Positions 62,864 through 64,000 of a stretch of 64,000 nt of DNA are shown one piece after another; positions within the stretch are counted from its first letter, which is position 1, and each line of letters starts with the position of its first letter. The position numbers and the translations under genes were made by a program. The stretch is from a virus. Taxonomy: Duplodnaviria; Caudoviricetes. The notes under the pieces were generated by a model that was not told the origin of the DNA, ran no database searches, and saw only the letters and a list, made by a program, of their open reading frames with translations. The stretch lies in the IMG/VR virus record IMGVR_UViG_3300022305_000835, positions 10,240-74,239 of that record. One strand, 5' to 3'.

Positions 62864-63724
62864 TTAGCTCCCTAAGTAAATAGGCTGATGAATTTGAATG
62901 ATGACTGTAGTCATCGATTTTGCATACCCTAATAACTGAGATAATCCAGTCATAGGTGCTAAATGAGAGTATAAGCCATTAGATTGTAAGAATACAGGCT
63001 CACCAGGAGATAATCCTGAAAATCCACTTAACTCTCCCGAAGTCATTACAGCGACACTTTCATATATATTTACAGCTTGTATTGTAAAACCAACAGCAGA
63101 GTTTATTCCTGCATATTCTCCCAAAGCAGTAACTGCACGATGTGCCCCTAAACCTGTCTTAGATATAATATATGATAGCTGAGGTCCACTATCACCTTGA
63201 ATACCTTGAATACCTTGAATACCTTGAAGTCCTGTCTCTCCTTTGATTCCTTGAGGTCCTGCAATGCCTACACTACCTTGTAATCCTGTATCTCCTTGAA
63301 TACCCTGTAATCCTGTATCTCCTTTTACTCCTTGAATACTTTGTATCCCTTGTATCCCTTGTATCCCTTGTATTCCAGCAATACCTTGTATACCTTGACT
63401 ACCTTGGAGTCCAATACTTCCTTGAATGCCTGGACCTCCTTGAGCACCAGTATCGCCTTTAATACCTTGAATTCCTTGATCTCCTGGGTCTCCTTTATCA
63501 CCTTTTAAATTACTTGATTCTATCTCAGGAGCAGGAGAAAGGATTTCTATAGGAAAAATACTCCATATATTTGTAGCTCGAGAAGGATCTATTTTTGATA
63601 TACCCGAGGTATTACAAATATATGAAAGATTATTATAGATAACTACGTCAAACTTATGATAGTAAGACGCAGTAATCCATATACCTTTATTAATTGGATT
63701 TAGAAGCCCTAACCCAGAAAGCAC
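62864..63724 (-). CDS. collagen-like (Gly-X-Y) tail fibre protein
   Basis: Long GIQ/GDT/GLQ triplet run; N-terminal KGIW...YHKFDVV.Y...Y.C (CBM5/12-like); GGAGG-N7-GTG at 63724 preferred to ATG 63802. Confidence 0.8.
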   Translation of the reverse strand: MLSGLGLLNPINKGIWITASYYHKFDVVIYNNLSYICNTSGISKIDPSRATNIWSIFPIEILSPAPEIESSNLKGDKGDPGDQGIQGIKGDTGAQGGPGIQGSIGLQGSQGIQGIAGIQGIQGIQGIQSIQGVKGDTGLQGIQGDTGLQGSVGIAGPQGIKGETGLQGIQGIQGIQGDSGPQLSYIISKTGLGAHRAVTALGEYAGINSAVGFTIQAVNIYESVAVMTSGELSGFSGLSPGEPVFLQSNGLYSHLAPMTGLSQLLGYAKSMTTVIIQIHQPIYLGS

Positions 63725-63737
63725 TTTTAGACCTCCA

Positions 63738-63950
63738 TTATTTACTTGTCCACCAAGTAATGCATGAGAATATTGCACTAATGGTGAAAATGATACCGCC
63801 AATAAAGCCTTTATAACGTGCTTGTTCTGAGCGCATTTTTTCGAGCACTTCGTGTATCTCGCATAACTTATCGTCTTGTTCCTTCAAATCATCACTTAAT
63901 GAATACACACGTTGTTCTATCTTGGCTAATCGGCAGGCTTCGTCTGGCAC
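63738..63950 (-). CDS. XhlA/holin-like coiled-coil plus C-terminal TM protein
   Basis: RLAKIEQRV...LEKMRSEQ then FIGGIIFTISAIFSCITWW; GTG start. Confidence 0.6.
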   Translation of the reverse strand: MPDEACRLAKIEQRVYSLSDDLKEQDDKLCEIHEVLEKMRSEQARYKGFIGGIIFTISAIFSCITWWTSK

Positions 63951-64000
63951 GGCGTTAATCCGTTACTGTGTCAATTGCACCGTCGATAACAGTATCGACA

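Noticed and set aside
59033-63802. Diversity-generating retroelement or invertible tail-fibre cassette
   Set aside because: No reverse transcriptase, no adenine-specific TR/VR pair, no invertase or recombinase in the window
800-63950. Numerous short opposite-strand or nested ORFs in the track (e.g. 800-1117, 6866-7150, 15446-15811, 22894-23304, 28332-28736, 30996-31319, 33365-33745, 44822-45118, 46351-46749, 60227-60631)
   Set aside because: Shadows of well-supported genes, with no recognisable motifs or RBS
1-64000. Alternative genetic code (stop-codon reassignment)
   Set aside because: Core genes are full length under code 11, and TAA, TAG and TGA all terminate genes at tight junctions

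Overview
Most of the genome of a lytic N4-like phage (Schitoviridae-type podovirus), AT-rich and apparently circularly permuted. The probable physical genome ends lie near 36.66-37.34 kb, between the terminase-region genes and the first early genes. Modules: tail-tip genes (1-2349, -); N4 gp42-gp46-like replication/recombination genes (2366-9647, +); 3569-aa virion RNA polymerase, ejected/structural proteins, capsid, portal, terminase (9685-36656, -); early genes and two-subunit RNAP II (36886-41341, +); nucleotide metabolism with dUTPase, DUF5664-like protein, ThyA and a lone RNR beta subunit (41641-45254, +); MoxR-ATPase/VWA module, helicase and family A DNA polymerase (47434-57126, +); lysis and tail-fibre cassette (57920-64000, -). 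Most unusual: (1) a non-coding element at 3378-3537 of two long hairpins whose cores are inverted copies of each other, followed by an AT-rich/palindrome tract and a winged-helix gene just upstream of the primase (candidate internal origin plus initiator); (2) a ~260-nt hairpin-dense candidate ncRNA at 42462-42722 with a tRNA-like T-arm/CCA; (3) Phe replacing the motif-B Tyr in the virion RNAP; (4) a tandemly duplicated gp2/Drc-like ssDNA-binding activator; (5) an RNR beta subunit with no alpha subunit in the window. All family assignments come from motif recognition and synteny by eye; no database search was run. The host cannot be determined.
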